A stretch of 64,000 nucleotides of DNA from Pseudomonadota bacterium. GTDB taxonomy: Bacteria; Pseudomonadota; Alphaproteobacteria; Rhodobacterales; Rhodobacteraceae. Under the pieces are notes generated by a model. It ran no database searches. It was not told the DNA's origin and worked only from the letters and a program-made list of their open reading frames with translations. The stretch lies in assembly GCA_038532285.1 (NCBI GenBank), contig JBCBAV010000002.1, positions 2,679-66,678 of the forward strand, in the 5' to 3' direction. Positions 9,677-18,591 of the stretch are shown here, in pieces. The stretch's first letter is position 1; every line of letters begins with the position of its first letter. Both the position numbers and the translations under genes were made by a program.

Positions 9677-11119
9677 TTAGCTAAGCCGGATCGCGACGTT
9701 CTTCGTCTGCACGTAGTTCCACAGGGCCTCGCGGCCCTTTTCGCGGCCGTAGCCGGATTTGCCGTAGCCGCCGAAGGGGGTTTCGACGCCGCCTGCGAAC
9801 CATTCGTTGACAAAGACCTGGCCCGCGCGGATCTGGCGGGCCCCTGACGTTGCGCGGTCGAGGGAGCGGGTGAAGACGCCGCCGACGAGGCCGTAGGGGG
9901 TGCCGTTGGCGATGCGGATCGCCTCGGCGTCGTCGGTGAAGCGCAGGACAGACAGGACGGGGCCAAAGACCTCTTCCTGCGCGATGGTCATGTCGGGGGT
10001 GACGCCCGTGAGCACCGTGGGTTCGAGGAACGCGCCGGGGTTGTTCAGGGGGTGGCCGCCGGTGACGATCTCGGCCCCTGCGGCGGCGGCATCGGCCACC
10101 ATGCCCGCGGCGCGGTCGCGTTGGGCGTGGCTGACCATGGACCCCATGGTGGGGCCAAATTCGGGTTGGTCGATGCCGGGCAGCACGGTGAGCGAGCGCG
10201 CGACGCCTGCGATGCGGTCAACGAGGGCGTCATGGATGCTGTCGTGGGCGATCACGCGGCTCATCGCGGAACAGACCTGGCCTGCGTTGAAATAGATGCC
10301 CCAGCGCACGTCGTTTTCGAACGCGTCGAGATCGGCGTCGTCATGCACGATGGCCGCGGATTTGCCGCCAAGCTCGAGCACGCAGGGGACCACGTTTTGT
10401 GCCGCTGCGGTGGCGATGGCGATGCCGGTGGGGACCGAGCCGGTGAAGACGATCTGGTTGACGTCCGAGTGCGCCGACAGGGCCGCCCCCGCCGCGTGCC
10501 CCAGACCACAGAGGATGTTCACAGCCCCCGGTGGCAGGCCGACATGTTCCGCGGCGTGGGCAAACCACGCGTTCGAGAGCGGCGTGAGTTCCGGCGTCTT
10601 GACCACGCAGGCGTTGCCGGTGGCGAGACCCGCCGAGAGAGAGCGGGCGGTCATCTCAACCGGGTAGTTCCACGGGATGATCTGGGCCGACACGCCGAAG
10701 GGTTCGTAATGCGTGAAGTCGAAATAGTCGCGACCCAGCGGGATGGAGCGGCCTTCGACGGTTTCGGCCTGGTTGCCGTAATATTCGAAGTAGCGGGCCG
10801 CACCGCGGATTTCGATCTGCGCCTCCCAGAGCGGTTTGCCCTGTTCCAGTGTCAGCACCTCGGCGATGTCGTCGATATGATCGAGCAGGTAGCGGCCCAT
10901 GGCCTGGACCATGCGGCCGCGTTCCACCGGTCTGAGATCGCTGAGCGCGCCCGAGGCGTGCACGCGTTTGGCGGCCTGTACGGCGCGGTCGATGTCGGTT
11001 GCATCGGCCAGCGCGTGTTCGGCGAGCTTTTGACCCGAGGCGGGGTTGATGATGTCGATCCGTCCCGCGCCGCCGTTCTGCCACGCGCCGTCGATGTAGT
11101 TTTGCCAGTAGGGTTTCAT
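9677..11119 (-). CDS. NAD(P)-dependent aldehyde dehydrogenase
   Basis: 480 aa with VLELGGKSAAIV and FNAGQVCSA (catalytic Cys) motifs. Confidence 0.9.
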   Translation of the reverse strand: MKPYWQNYIDGAWQNGGAGRIDIINPASGQKLAEHALADATDIDRAVQAAKRVHASGALSDLRPVERGRMVQAMGRYLLDHIDDIAEVLTLEQGKPLWEAQIEIRGAARYFEYYGNQAETVEGRSIPLGRDYFDFTHYEPFGVSAQIIPWNYPVEMTARSLSAGLATGNACVVKTPELTPLSNAWFAHAAEHVGLPPGAVNILCGLGHAAGAALSAHSDVNQIVFTGSVPTGIAIATAAAQNVVPCVLELGGKSAAIVHDDADLDAFENDVRWGIYFNAGQVCSAMSRVIAHDSIHDALVDRIAGVARSLTVLPGIDQPEFGPTMGSMVSHAQRDRAAGMVADAAAAGAEIVTGGHPLNNPGAFLEPTVLTGVTPDMTIAQEEVFGPVLSVLRFTDDAEAIRIANGTPYGLVGGVFTRSLDRATSGARQIRAGQVFVNEWFAGGVETPFGGYGKSGYGREKGREALWNYVQTKNVAIRLS

Positions 11120-11189
11120 TGCGTGGTCCTTTTTTGCTGGTGACGGACTGTTTTTTATCGGCGCACTGGGGGCCAGCCCCCAGACCCCC

Positions 11190-11212
11190 GCGGTTTATCT
11201 GGCGAAATGAAG
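11190..11212 (+). repeat. Dispersed intergenic repeat, copy C (core only: gcggtttatctggcgaaatgaag)
   Basis: Shares the 23-nt core with copies A, B and D, with one mismatch to A/B. Confidence 0.75.
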
Positions 11213-11242
11213 CGGGATGGGGGGGGGATTTTGGTGGCGGAT

Positions 11243-11283
11243 CGGCCCTCCGGGGGCGGTTTATTTGGCGAAATGAAGATTGG
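11243..11283 (+). repeat. Dispersed intergenic repeat, copy B
   Basis: 41/41 identical to 6921-6961. The upstream flank (ttggtggcgg) also resembles the flank of copy A (tgtggtggcgcg). Confidence 0.85.
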
Positions 11284-11320
11284 GGCGTTTGGATTTGCGA
11301 GTGTCGGCATCGGGGGGCGC

Positions 11321-12067
11321 TTAGGCAGGTGGTTTCAGGCGGTGGGCGTGGAGGTGATCGTAGTGCGGTTTCATGCGGCGGTGCACCTGTTTGACGCGGG
11401 CGGGCGCGTCGGCGAGTTCGACATAGCGGCGCGTTTGCGGCGTCAGGCCGGTGGATAAGGCGAGGTTGGCGTGGAACGACCCGCCGTCCCACCAGCTGTG
11501 GGCCGCGGGGTCGCCGCCGGGGGTCCAGGTGAGGGCCTCGGGGAGGAAGGGGATGTCGACGGCTTTGCAGAACGCGCGGGTCATGTCCGCGGGCGCCTCG
11601 AGCAGGTCGTCGCTGTCGATCACGGGGGCTGGTGATCCGTTCAGGGCCGTCAGCAGGTCAAAGAGCGCGCGCTGTTCGGGAAAGCCGACCTCCAGTTCGT
11701 CGAAATCGGGCCATTTGTCGTAGATCGACGTGATGGTTTTGGCGGGGTCGCGGATCAGGAAGGCGTGGGTGAACTGCGCGAGGAAGTCCGGCGTCCAGAT
11801 GTGGTGGATGTAGTGGGGAAAATCCTTGAGGAAGACAGGGCCGGTTTGGGCGCGGGTCTGAATCTCGGCCCAGACGCTGTCGAGGGTGAGGCCCGGTGTG
11901 GTCTTGTCGCCCGGTTGAAAGCGGGGCCAGAGCGGGTCTTCGCCCTGGTACCACGCCTCGCCAAAGGGTTCGTGCAGGCAGTCGAGGTCGCCGCGCTGGC
12001 GCATCATCCATTCGAAGGCGGTGGAGGTGGAGCGGGGGACGGCCCAGAGGGCGATTATTCTATTCAT
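11321..12067 (-). CDS. P-loop sulfotransferase-like protein (function uncertain)
   Basis: Track ORF 11321..12310. The upstream 81 codons are Arg/Ser/Pro-rich shadow sequence, so I prefer the ATG at 12067 (MNRIIALWAVPRSTSTAFEWMMRQRG...). The PRSTST loop resembles the PAPS/5'-phosphosulfate-binding loop of sulfotransferase-fold proteins. Overlaps the upstream gene by 8 nt. Confidence 0.45.
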   Translation of the reverse strand: MNRIIALWAVPRSTSTAFEWMMRQRGDLDCLHEPFGEAWYQGEDPLWPRFQPGDKTTPGLTLDSVWAEIQTRAQTGPVFLKDFPHYIHHIWTPDFLAQFTHAFLIRDPAKTITSIYDKWPDFDELEVGFPEQRALFDLLTALNGSPAPVIDSDDLLEAPADMTRAFCKAVDIPFLPEALTWTPGGDPAAHSWWDGGSFHANLALSTGLTPQTRRYVELADAPARVKQVHRRMKPHYDHLHAHRLKPPA

Positions 12068-12896
12068 TGGCGGGCGCGGGGCGGAGGGTTTCGAGGAGCG
12101 CGCCCTGCGGCGTCGTGGGGGCGATGCCGAGGTCGGCCATGATGCGCCAGTAGAGCGCGATGTCGTGGCCGATGACGGGTTTGCCCAGCCGCGCCTCGAG
12201 ATCGCGGGCCAGGTGCAGGGGGCGTTGTGGCAGTCCGCCCGGGCCGGTGCGGAAGTTGCACATGCCGTTGATGAGGTACGCGTCGGCGTGCGGGGCCTGT
12301 TCGGCGACATAGTCGAAGCTGCGCTGTGCCAGATCGCCGTCGAAGATCCAGCGGCGGGCGTTGACCGCGTCCTGATCGGGGAACCAGCCCTGATCGACGA
12401 AATTGCCGGCCCAGAGGACGTCGAAGCCAGCCTCGCGCAGGAAGGCTGCGGTGCCCTGCCACCAGTCGGGCCAGTGGTAGGCGGCGTTGAGGGCCAGTTT
12501 TTCGACGCCCAAGGCGCGCAGGGCCTCGACCATGGCGTAGCCGGCCATGTGGAACCGGGTTTGGTATTTGTCCGAAAGGTCGGCGCAGTGCTGGCGGATC
12601 CCCTCGACGCCGAGGCCGCTGGCGTGGACCCAGTTGGAGCCGACCTGTCCGCACACGTCGACGCCGTTGCGGGACATGTTGTGGACGAAATCCTCCATCA
12701 TGCCGAAATTGGCGCGGCGCTGGTCGAGGCCGTGGGCGTAGTCGGGGACGTGCAGCATCCAGCCGTGCACGCCGACGGTGTCGGGGCACATGCGCAAAAA
12801 GTCCGAAGGGCCGGCGTCGTAGTCGAAGGGCGGACAGGTGAAGCCGACCTGATGCGGGAAGAGCTTGTGTTCGGGGTGCCAGTCGCGGGGCATCAT
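12060..12896 (-). CDS. Asp/Glu/hydantoin racemase superfamily protein (maleate isomerase / arylmalonate decarboxylase-like)
   Basis: Start MMPRDW... at 12896 overlaps the Rieske gene stop (12893-12895). 278 aa with two candidate catalytic Cys contexts (GVDVCGQVGSN and INGMCNFR). Confidence 0.55.
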   Translation of the reverse strand: MMPRDWHPEHKLFPHQVGFTCPPFDYDAGPSDFLRMCPDTVGVHGWMLHVPDYAHGLDQRRANFGMMEDFVHNMSRNGVDVCGQVGSNWVHASGLGVEGIRQHCADLSDKYQTRFHMAGYAMVEALRALGVEKLALNAAYHWPDWWQGTAAFLREAGFDVLWAGNFVDQGWFPDQDAVNARRWIFDGDLAQRSFDYVAEQAPHADAYLINGMCNFRTGPGGLPQRPLHLARDLEARLGKPVIGHDIALYWRIMADLGIAPTTPQGALLETLRPAPANE

Positions 12897-13972
12897 GGTC
12901 CGTCGATCCCGTCGCGCATCCATCGCTGCAGGTGCATGACGGGGTGTTCGGAGTTCACGCCGCCGTTGGGGTCGACGACCAGCGGGCCCGGGACATAGCC
13001 GCGGGAGTTGAGGCCGCGCTGGACGCTTTCGACGAGGTGGATGTCTTCTTCGACCGTGGTGTCGCGGTCCTGGCGGGCGAGTGTGCGGATTTTGGGGTCG
13101 TCCACGCCATGAGCGGTGTACCAGCCGCGCCAGACCACCACGTGGGAGGCGTCGACCACGCGCCAGTGGTAGGTGTTGAGCACGTTGCCGGGGTAGACCT
13201 GGAACGAGAACATGGGCCAGAGGAACCAGCTGGAATATTCGTCGAAGTGATCGAAGCCCGAGTGGATGTCGTAGGTCATGTCCTCGAGGCTTTGGCATTC
13301 GGTGGTGTGGCGCAGGCAGTGTCCCTGGGGCTGGATGTCGTAGGTTTCGGGTTTGACCACGCCGCTGGCAAAGGTCGGGTGGCAGAGCGCGCAGTGGTAG
13401 CATTCGGAGTAGTTTTCGACCGAGACTTTCCAGTTGCAGCGTTCGGGGATGTCGACCCATTCGAGGGGTCTCAGATCGGCCCAGTTGGGCACCCATTCGG
13501 CCAGTTCGGCGCGGGCGTCGGGGAACCAGTCGTCCATGGGGGCGGCATCCGGGTCGAGGTTCACGAAGAGGAAGCCGAGGAATTCTTCGGAGCGGACTTC
13601 GGTGAGGCAGATGGTGGATTTGTCGAAACCTTCGACCGCCTTGATGTTGGGGCCTGCGCGCAGTTGGCCGGTCAGCTCGTAGGTCCAGGCGTGGTAGGGG
13701 CAGACGACCACCCGTGTGGTCCCTGCCCCGCTGACCAGCTGGTGCGCGCGGTGCTGGCAGACGTTGTAGAACACGCGGATCACATCGTCGCGACCACGGA
13801 TGGCGAACAGGCTTTCGCCCGCGATGTCGAAGGTGGTGTAGGCGCCTGGTTCGGCCAGGTCCGAGACGTGGCAGCCAAACTGCCAGGTTTTGGCCAGAAG
13901 GCCCTGTTTTTCAACCTCGAACACTTGGCTGTCGGTGTAGTAGCGCGCGGGCAACGAGCGGATGGGCGCCAT
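12893..13972 (-). CDS. Rieske [2Fe-2S] non-heme-iron oxygenase, alpha-subunit type (GbcA/Stc2-like N-demethylase class)
   Basis: Start MAPIRSLPARYYTD... at 13972. Rieske motif CQHRAHQL-x-CPYHAW. Mononuclear iron motif ENYSECYHCALCH. 359 aa. Confidence 0.8.
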   Translation of the reverse strand: MAPIRSLPARYYTDSQVFEVEKQGLLAKTWQFGCHVSDLAEPGAYTTFDIAGESLFAIRGRDDVIRVFYNVCQHRAHQLVSGAGTTRVVVCPYHAWTYELTGQLRAGPNIKAVEGFDKSTICLTEVRSEEFLGFLFVNLDPDAAPMDDWFPDARAELAEWVPNWADLRPLEWVDIPERCNWKVSVENYSECYHCALCHPTFASGVVKPETYDIQPQGHCLRHTTECQSLEDMTYDIHSGFDHFDEYSSWFLWPMFSFQVYPGNVLNTYHWRVVDASHVVVWRGWYTAHGVDDPKIRTLARQDRDTTVEEDIHLVESVQRGLNSRGYVPGPLVVDPNGGVNSEHPVMHLQRWMRDGIDGP

Positions 13973-13973
13973 G

Positions 13974-14858
13974 TCAGGGGTCCTGATGGTAGAGGCCAAG
14001 CTGGTGGCGGCGTTTGTGGAAGGTGGCGACGCGGTCGGGGATTTCGTCGCTGGCGACGGCCACGACGAAGGACAAAAGGGTCTCCAACAGTGCGATGATG
14101 CTGACCGAGGATGGAAAGAACTGCGGCGTGTCAACGGACACGGTAAAGCCGTGGGCGACGTTGTGCAGGATCGGGCTGGCGAGGCTGTCGGACAGCGACA
14201 CGATGGTCAGGCCCTGTTCGCGGGCAATCTGCACGGCTTCGACCACCTCGGCCCGGTAGGGCTTGCAGGTGATGGCGATCAGCACGTCGCGCCCGTCGGC
14301 CCACGCGAGATCATCCACCGGGGTGGAGCCTGCGCGCGGGATGGCGTGGATCTGTTTCATGCCGGTGGAGGCGAGATAGGTGAAGTTGCGGGCGTTGGAA
14401 TTGTTGATGCCCACGCCCAGCACAAAGACATTGCGGGCGTTCCAGATCGCGATAGCTGCGGCTTCGAGCGCGTCGGGGGTGACGCTGGCAAAGGTTTCCT
14501 CGACATTGCGAAGCGTGTCGCTGACCATGTCGGCAAAGAGGCCACCCAGATCACCCGATTTGCGGATGTCCTGCAGCCAGCGGGCGCGGTCGGGAAAGTC
14601 GGTCTCGCCCCGGCGGATGGCGTCGCGGAAGGGGGTGCGGAAATCCTCGTACCCGTCAAAGCCCACCTGGCGGGCCATGCGCACCACGGTGTTGGGTTTC
14701 ACGCCCGAGGCCTGCGCAATCTCGCGCACGGTCGACACGCCCACGTCGCGCGGGTTTTCCAGCACGTAGGCCGCGGCCTTGCGCGCCTCGGGCGTGAGGG
14801 CGGGCAGTTCGGCAGCGAGCCGTTCGAGAATCGCGTCTGATACATTTGTCCCATTCAT
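13974..14858 (-). CDS. MurR/RpiR family transcriptional regulator (HTH + SIS domain)
   Basis: 294 aa with an N-terminal HTH (AAAYVLENPRDVGVSTVREIAQASGVKPNTVVRMARQVGFDGY) and a C-terminal SIS fold. The stop lies 1 nt before the Rieske start. Divergent from the gene at 14924. Confidence 0.85.
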   Translation of the reverse strand: MNGTNVSDAILERLAAELPALTPEARKAAAYVLENPRDVGVSTVREIAQASGVKPNTVVRMARQVGFDGYEDFRTPFRDAIRRGETDFPDRARWLQDIRKSGDLGGLFADMVSDTLRNVEETFASVTPDALEAAAIAIWNARNVFVLGVGINNSNARNFTYLASTGMKQIHAIPRAGSTPVDDLAWADGRDVLIAITCKPYRAEVVEAVQIAREQGLTIVSLSDSLASPILHNVAHGFTVSVDTPQFFPSSVSIIALLETLLSFVVAVASDEIPDRVATFHKRRHQLGLYHQDP

Positions 14859-14923
14859 GATTGACGATGGTATTTTTGTCCGCTTAGCCTGTCGAGTGAA
14901 AAACGACTCGAAGGAGTGGCCTG

Positions 14924-17512
14924 ATGTCGGATCTTCCCAGCCATGCGCGTGTGGTGATTGTAGGTGGTGGCGTCATGGGGGTTGGCCTGGCCTATCACCT
15001 GGGTCACGAGGGGTGGGGGCCGGAGACGGTTCTGCTGGAAAAGGCGGAGCTGACCAGCGGCAGCACCTGGCACGCGGCGGGGCAGATCACGCATTCCACG
15101 TCCAGCTTTGGCTTGGGCAAGTGCGTGGACTACAACATTGATCTTTATAGCCGTTTGCTGGAGGCCGAGACCGGGCAGCCGGTGACATGGCACGGCTGCG
15201 GGTCGTTCCGGCTGGCCTATACGACGGACGAAATGGACTGGCTGCGGCACACGCTGTCGGTGGGCCGCGCGCTGGGGTTCAATATCGAGCTGGTGGGGCC
15301 CGAGCAGGTCGCGACGCTGCATCCGTTTTACAACCTTGATGGCGTGTTGGGCGCGCTGCATACGCCCGACGATGGGCACGTGGACCCGACCAATGTGACC
15401 ATGGCGATGGCGGCGGGCGCGCGCCAGAAAGGCGTGCGGATCGTGCGGCAGTGCCGGGCGACAAACATCACGCAGCTGCCCAGTGGCGAGTGGCAGGTCG
15501 AGACCGAGCGCGGCACGATCACCTGCGAACACGTGGTGAATGCGGGCGGCACCTATGCAAGGCAGATGGGCGAATGGTCGGGGCTGCAACTGCCCATGAC
15601 GTCGATGACGCACCATTATTTCGTGACCGAGCCGGTGCCGGAATTTGCCGATCTGGAGACCGAGTTGCCGGTGATCCGGGATGATCGCAAAGTCTCGGGC
15701 TACATCCGGATGGAGCAGAAGCGCGGGCTGATCGGGATTTACGAGAAGGAGAACCCGAACTCCGTCTGGCACGACCATTGCCCGTGGGACTACGAAAACT
15801 GGCTGTTTGACGCGGATTACGACCGGGTGATGCCGTATCTGGAGGAAAGCCTGAACCGGATGCCGATCTTTGCCGAGTTGGGCATTCAGCGCGAGGTGCA
15901 TGGCGCCATTTCGCATCCGCCCGATGGCAACCCGCTGATTGGCCCGGCGCCCGGTGTGCGCAATTACTGGTGCTGTTGCGGCACGCAGATCGGGATTGGG
16001 TGGGGCCCGGGGTTGAGCCGCGAGTTGGCGCGGTGGATGGTGCACGGGGCGGCGGATATCTCGATGCGCGAGTATGACCCGCGCCGGTTTGGGGCCTATG
16101 CCACCAAGGACTGGCAGGTGGTGAAGGCGGAAGAGGATTATTGCCTGCGCCACGAGATCCCGTTTCCGCATTTCAACCGGCTGGCGGGGCGGCCGATCAA
16201 GCCGTCGCCGCTGCACGATGTGCTGGCGGCGAAGGGCGCGGTGCATGAGGAAGTCTACGGCTTCGAGCGGCCGCGGTTCTTTGCGCGCGGGATAGACCAG
16301 CGGGATCACTACGGGTTCAACCGGACGCCGGTGGACGAGATGGTGGCGCAGGAGGTGGCTGCCGTACGGGAACGTGTGGGGATCATCGACGTCACTGCCT
16401 TCACCAAGGTGCTGGTCGAGGGGCCGGATGCCTATGCCCTGCTCGACCGGCTGACGGCGAACCGGATGCCGCAAAAGGTGGGGTCGATCACGCTGACGCA
16501 CATGCTGAACCGGCGGGGGCGGATCGAGGTGGAGACGACGATCGTGAACCTTGGCCCCGCCCCGGCCTCCGCCCCGGCCCCCGAGCCGGGGCCTCGCAGC
16601 CAAGAGGCCCCGGATCAAGTCCGGGGCGGGCTCCCGGGTCAAGTCCGGGGCGGGCTCCCGGGTCAAGCCCGGGGCGGGCTCCCGGATCAGGTCCGGGGCG
16701 GGCGGTACTACCTCGTCTGTGCGGCGTTTTTCGAACAGCGGCTCTTGGATCATCTCGCGCAGCATCGCGATGGCGCGGATGTGACGGTGACCGCGGTGTC
16801 CGAGGCCTGGTCGGCGCTGGCTATCAACGGGCCAAGGGCGCGGGATGTGCTGGGGGCGTGTACCGCGGCGAACCTGTCCAATGCCGGGTTCCGCTGGCTG
16901 TTGGCGCAGGAGATTGACGTCGCGGGGCACCGCATCTGGGCGATGCGGATGTCGTATGCGGGCGAGTTGGGGTGGGAGTTGCACATGCCCAACGCCGCCT
17001 GCCGCGATGTCTATGATGCGCTGTGGGCTGCGGGTGTTCCGCATGGAATTGCCGACTACGGCAGCTTTGCCATGAACGCGCTGCGCATGGAAAAGGGGTT
17101 CAAGGGCGCAGGCGAGTTGACCAACGAGGTGACCCTGGCCGAGGCGGACGTGCTGCGCTTTGCCCGGCGGGACAAGGTGTTTTTGGGGTCCGACAAGACC
17201 TTCAACGAGGATGTGCCGTGGGTGTGTGCCTATCTCGAGATCACGCCCGATGGCGTGGCCGATGGCCATGGCGGCGAGGCGGTGATGATGGGCGGCGTGG
17301 TCGTGGGATCGACGGCGTCGGTGGCCTATGGGCCGAGCGTGGGCAAGATCCTTGCCTTTGCCTATGTCACGCCTGACGCGGCTGTGCCCGGCACGGCGCT
17401 GGAGGTCGTGATCCACGGGGTGCCGCGGGCGGCGCGTGTGCTGGGCGAGCCGGCCTATGATCCGCAGAGCCTGCTGCCGCGCACCGATGGCGCGCGGGAG
17501 GCGGCGGAATGA
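14924..17512 (+). CDS. FAD-dependent oxidoreductase fused to a GcvT-type aminomethyltransferase domain (dimethylglycine/sarcosine dehydrogenase family), carrying an in-frame repeat insertion
   Basis: 862 aa. N-terminal VVIVGGGVMGVGLAYHL dinucleotide fold. The C-terminal half has GcvT-like segments (GIIDVTAFTKVLVEG, YAGELGWELH). See the repeat at 16609-16704. Confidence 0.85.
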   Translation: MSDLPSHARVVIVGGGVMGVGLAYHLGHEGWGPETVLLEKAELTSGSTWHAAGQITHSTSSFGLGKCVDYNIDLYSRLLEAETGQPVTWHGCGSFRLAYTTDEMDWLRHTLSVGRALGFNIELVGPEQVATLHPFYNLDGVLGALHTPDDGHVDPTNVTMAMAAGARQKGVRIVRQCRATNITQLPSGEWQVETERGTITCEHVVNAGGTYARQMGEWSGLQLPMTSMTHHYFVTEPVPEFADLETELPVIRDDRKVSGYIRMEQKRGLIGIYEKENPNSVWHDHCPWDYENWLFDADYDRVMPYLEESLNRMPIFAELGIQREVHGAISHPPDGNPLIGPAPGVRNYWCCCGTQIGIGWGPGLSRELARWMVHGAADISMREYDPRRFGAYATKDWQVVKAEEDYCLRHEIPFPHFNRLAGRPIKPSPLHDVLAAKGAVHEEVYGFERPRFFARGIDQRDHYGFNRTPVDEMVAQEVAAVRERVGIIDVTAFTKVLVEGPDAYALLDRLTANRMPQKVGSITLTHMLNRRGRIEVETTIVNLGPAPASAPAPEPGPRSQEAPDQVRGGLPGQVRGGLPGQARGGLPDQVRGGRYYLVCAAFFEQRLLDHLAQHRDGADVTVTAVSEAWSALAINGPRARDVLGACTAANLSNAGFRWLLAQEIDVAGHRIWAMRMSYAGELGWELHMPNAACRDVYDALWAAGVPHGIADYGSFAMNALRMEKGFKGAGELTNEVTLAEADVLRFARRDKVFLGSDKTFNEDVPWVCAYLEITPDGVADGHGGEAVMMGGVVVGSTASVAYGPSVGKILAFAYVTPDAAVPGTALEVVIHGVPRAARVLGEPAYDPQSLLPRTDGAREAAE
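16609..16704 (+). repeat. 4 x 24-bp tandem repeat inside the coding sequence (unit cccggRtcaRgYccggggcgggcK)
   Basis: Units at 16609, 16633, 16657 and 16681 translate as PDQVRGGL/PGQVRGGL/PGQARGGL/PDQVRGG. Each unit contains a ccgg..N..ccgg inverted repeat. Same family as the 23-bp array at 27926-28017. Confidence 0.9.
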
Positions 17513-18591
17513 GCATTCCCGAGACGATGCGCGCGATGGTGACGGTGGGGCACGGGGGGCTGGACCAGATGGTCTGGCACGAAGATTGGCCGGTGCCGGT
17601 GCCTGCGGCGGGCGAGGTGTTGATCCGCGTGGGCGCGTGCGGGTTGAACAACACGGACGTGAACACGCGGTCGGGCTGGTACTCCAAGGCGGTGACCGCG
17701 CCCACCACCGGCGACGGGTTCGCCACGGTAAGCGAAGAGGACCCGACATGGGGGGCCGCGCCCATCGCGTTTCCGCGCATTCAGGGGGCGGATGTGTGCG
17801 GGGAGATCGTGGCGGTGGGCAGCGGTGTGGACGCCGCGCGCGTGGGCCAGCGGGTGATCACCGACAACTGGCTGCGCGATCCGGACGATCCCGGTGACAT
17901 GACCAAGACGGGCTATTTCGGGTCCGAGCGGGATGGCGGCTTTGCCGAGTACACCACGATCCCCAGCGTGAACGCGGTGGCGATTTCTTCGCCGTTGAGT
18001 GACGCGGAGTTGGCGACGTTTTCGTGTTCGTATTCCACCGCCGAAGGGATGCTGACCCGCGCGGCGGTGACCGGGGCCGATACCGTGCTGGTCACGGGCG
18101 CGTCGGGTGGCGTTGGCGGGGCGCTGGTGCAACTGGCCAAGCGGCGTGGGGCGCGGGTGATTGCGATGGCGTCGGAGGTCAAGCACGCCGATGTGGCGGC
18201 GTTTGGGCCTGACAGGATGCTGCCGCGTGCACCGGACGATCTGCGCGCCGCTTTGGGCGATGAGAAGGTCACCGTGGTTGCCGACATCGTCGGCGGGCCC
18301 TACTGGCCGACGCTCATCGACGTGCTGGAACGCGGCGGGCGCTATACCTGTTCGGGGGCGATTGCCGGGCCGATGGTGGAGCTGGATTTGCGCACGTTTT
18401 ACCTGCGTGATCTGACCTTTACCGGGTCGACCGTGATCCCGCCGGAGGTAACGCGGAACCTTGTGGCTTACATCGAGGCGGGGGCTGTGCGCCCTGCCCT
18501 CGCCGCGACCTATCCGTTGAAGGACCTGCACGCCGCCCAGGCCGCGTTCATCGCCAAGGAACATACCGGCAATATCGTGGTGGTGCCGTGA
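17509..18591 (+). CDS. Zinc-type (MDR) alcohol dehydrogenase / quinone oxidoreductase family protein
   Basis: 360 aa. ATGA overlap with the upstream stop. GEVLIRVGACGLNNTD and VLVTGASGGVGGALVQLAK Rossmann segment. Confidence 0.8.
   Translation: MSIPETMRAMVTVGHGGLDQMVWHEDWPVPVPAAGEVLIRVGACGLNNTDVNTRSGWYSKAVTAPTTGDGFATVSEEDPTWGAAPIAFPRIQGADVCGEIVAVGSGVDAARVGQRVITDNWLRDPDDPGDMTKTGYFGSERDGGFAEYTTIPSVNAVAISSPLSDAELATFSCSYSTAEGMLTRAAVTGADTVLVTGASGGVGGALVQLAKRRGARVIAMASEVKHADVAAFGPDRMLPRAPDDLRAALGDEKVTVVADIVGGPYWPTLIDVLERGGRYTCSGAIAGPMVELDLRTFYLRDLTFTGSTVIPPEVTRNLVAYIEAGAVRPALAATYPLKDLHAAQAAFIAKEHTGNIVVVP

Noticed and set aside
14855-17749. 964-aa ORF on the minus strand, the longest ORF in the track
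   Set aside because: It is entirely antisense to the DMGDH-like gene, which has clear FAD and GcvT motifs. Its translation is Arg/Pro/His/Gly-rich low-complexity sequence typical of shadow frames in GC-rich DNA, and it has no recognisable motif.
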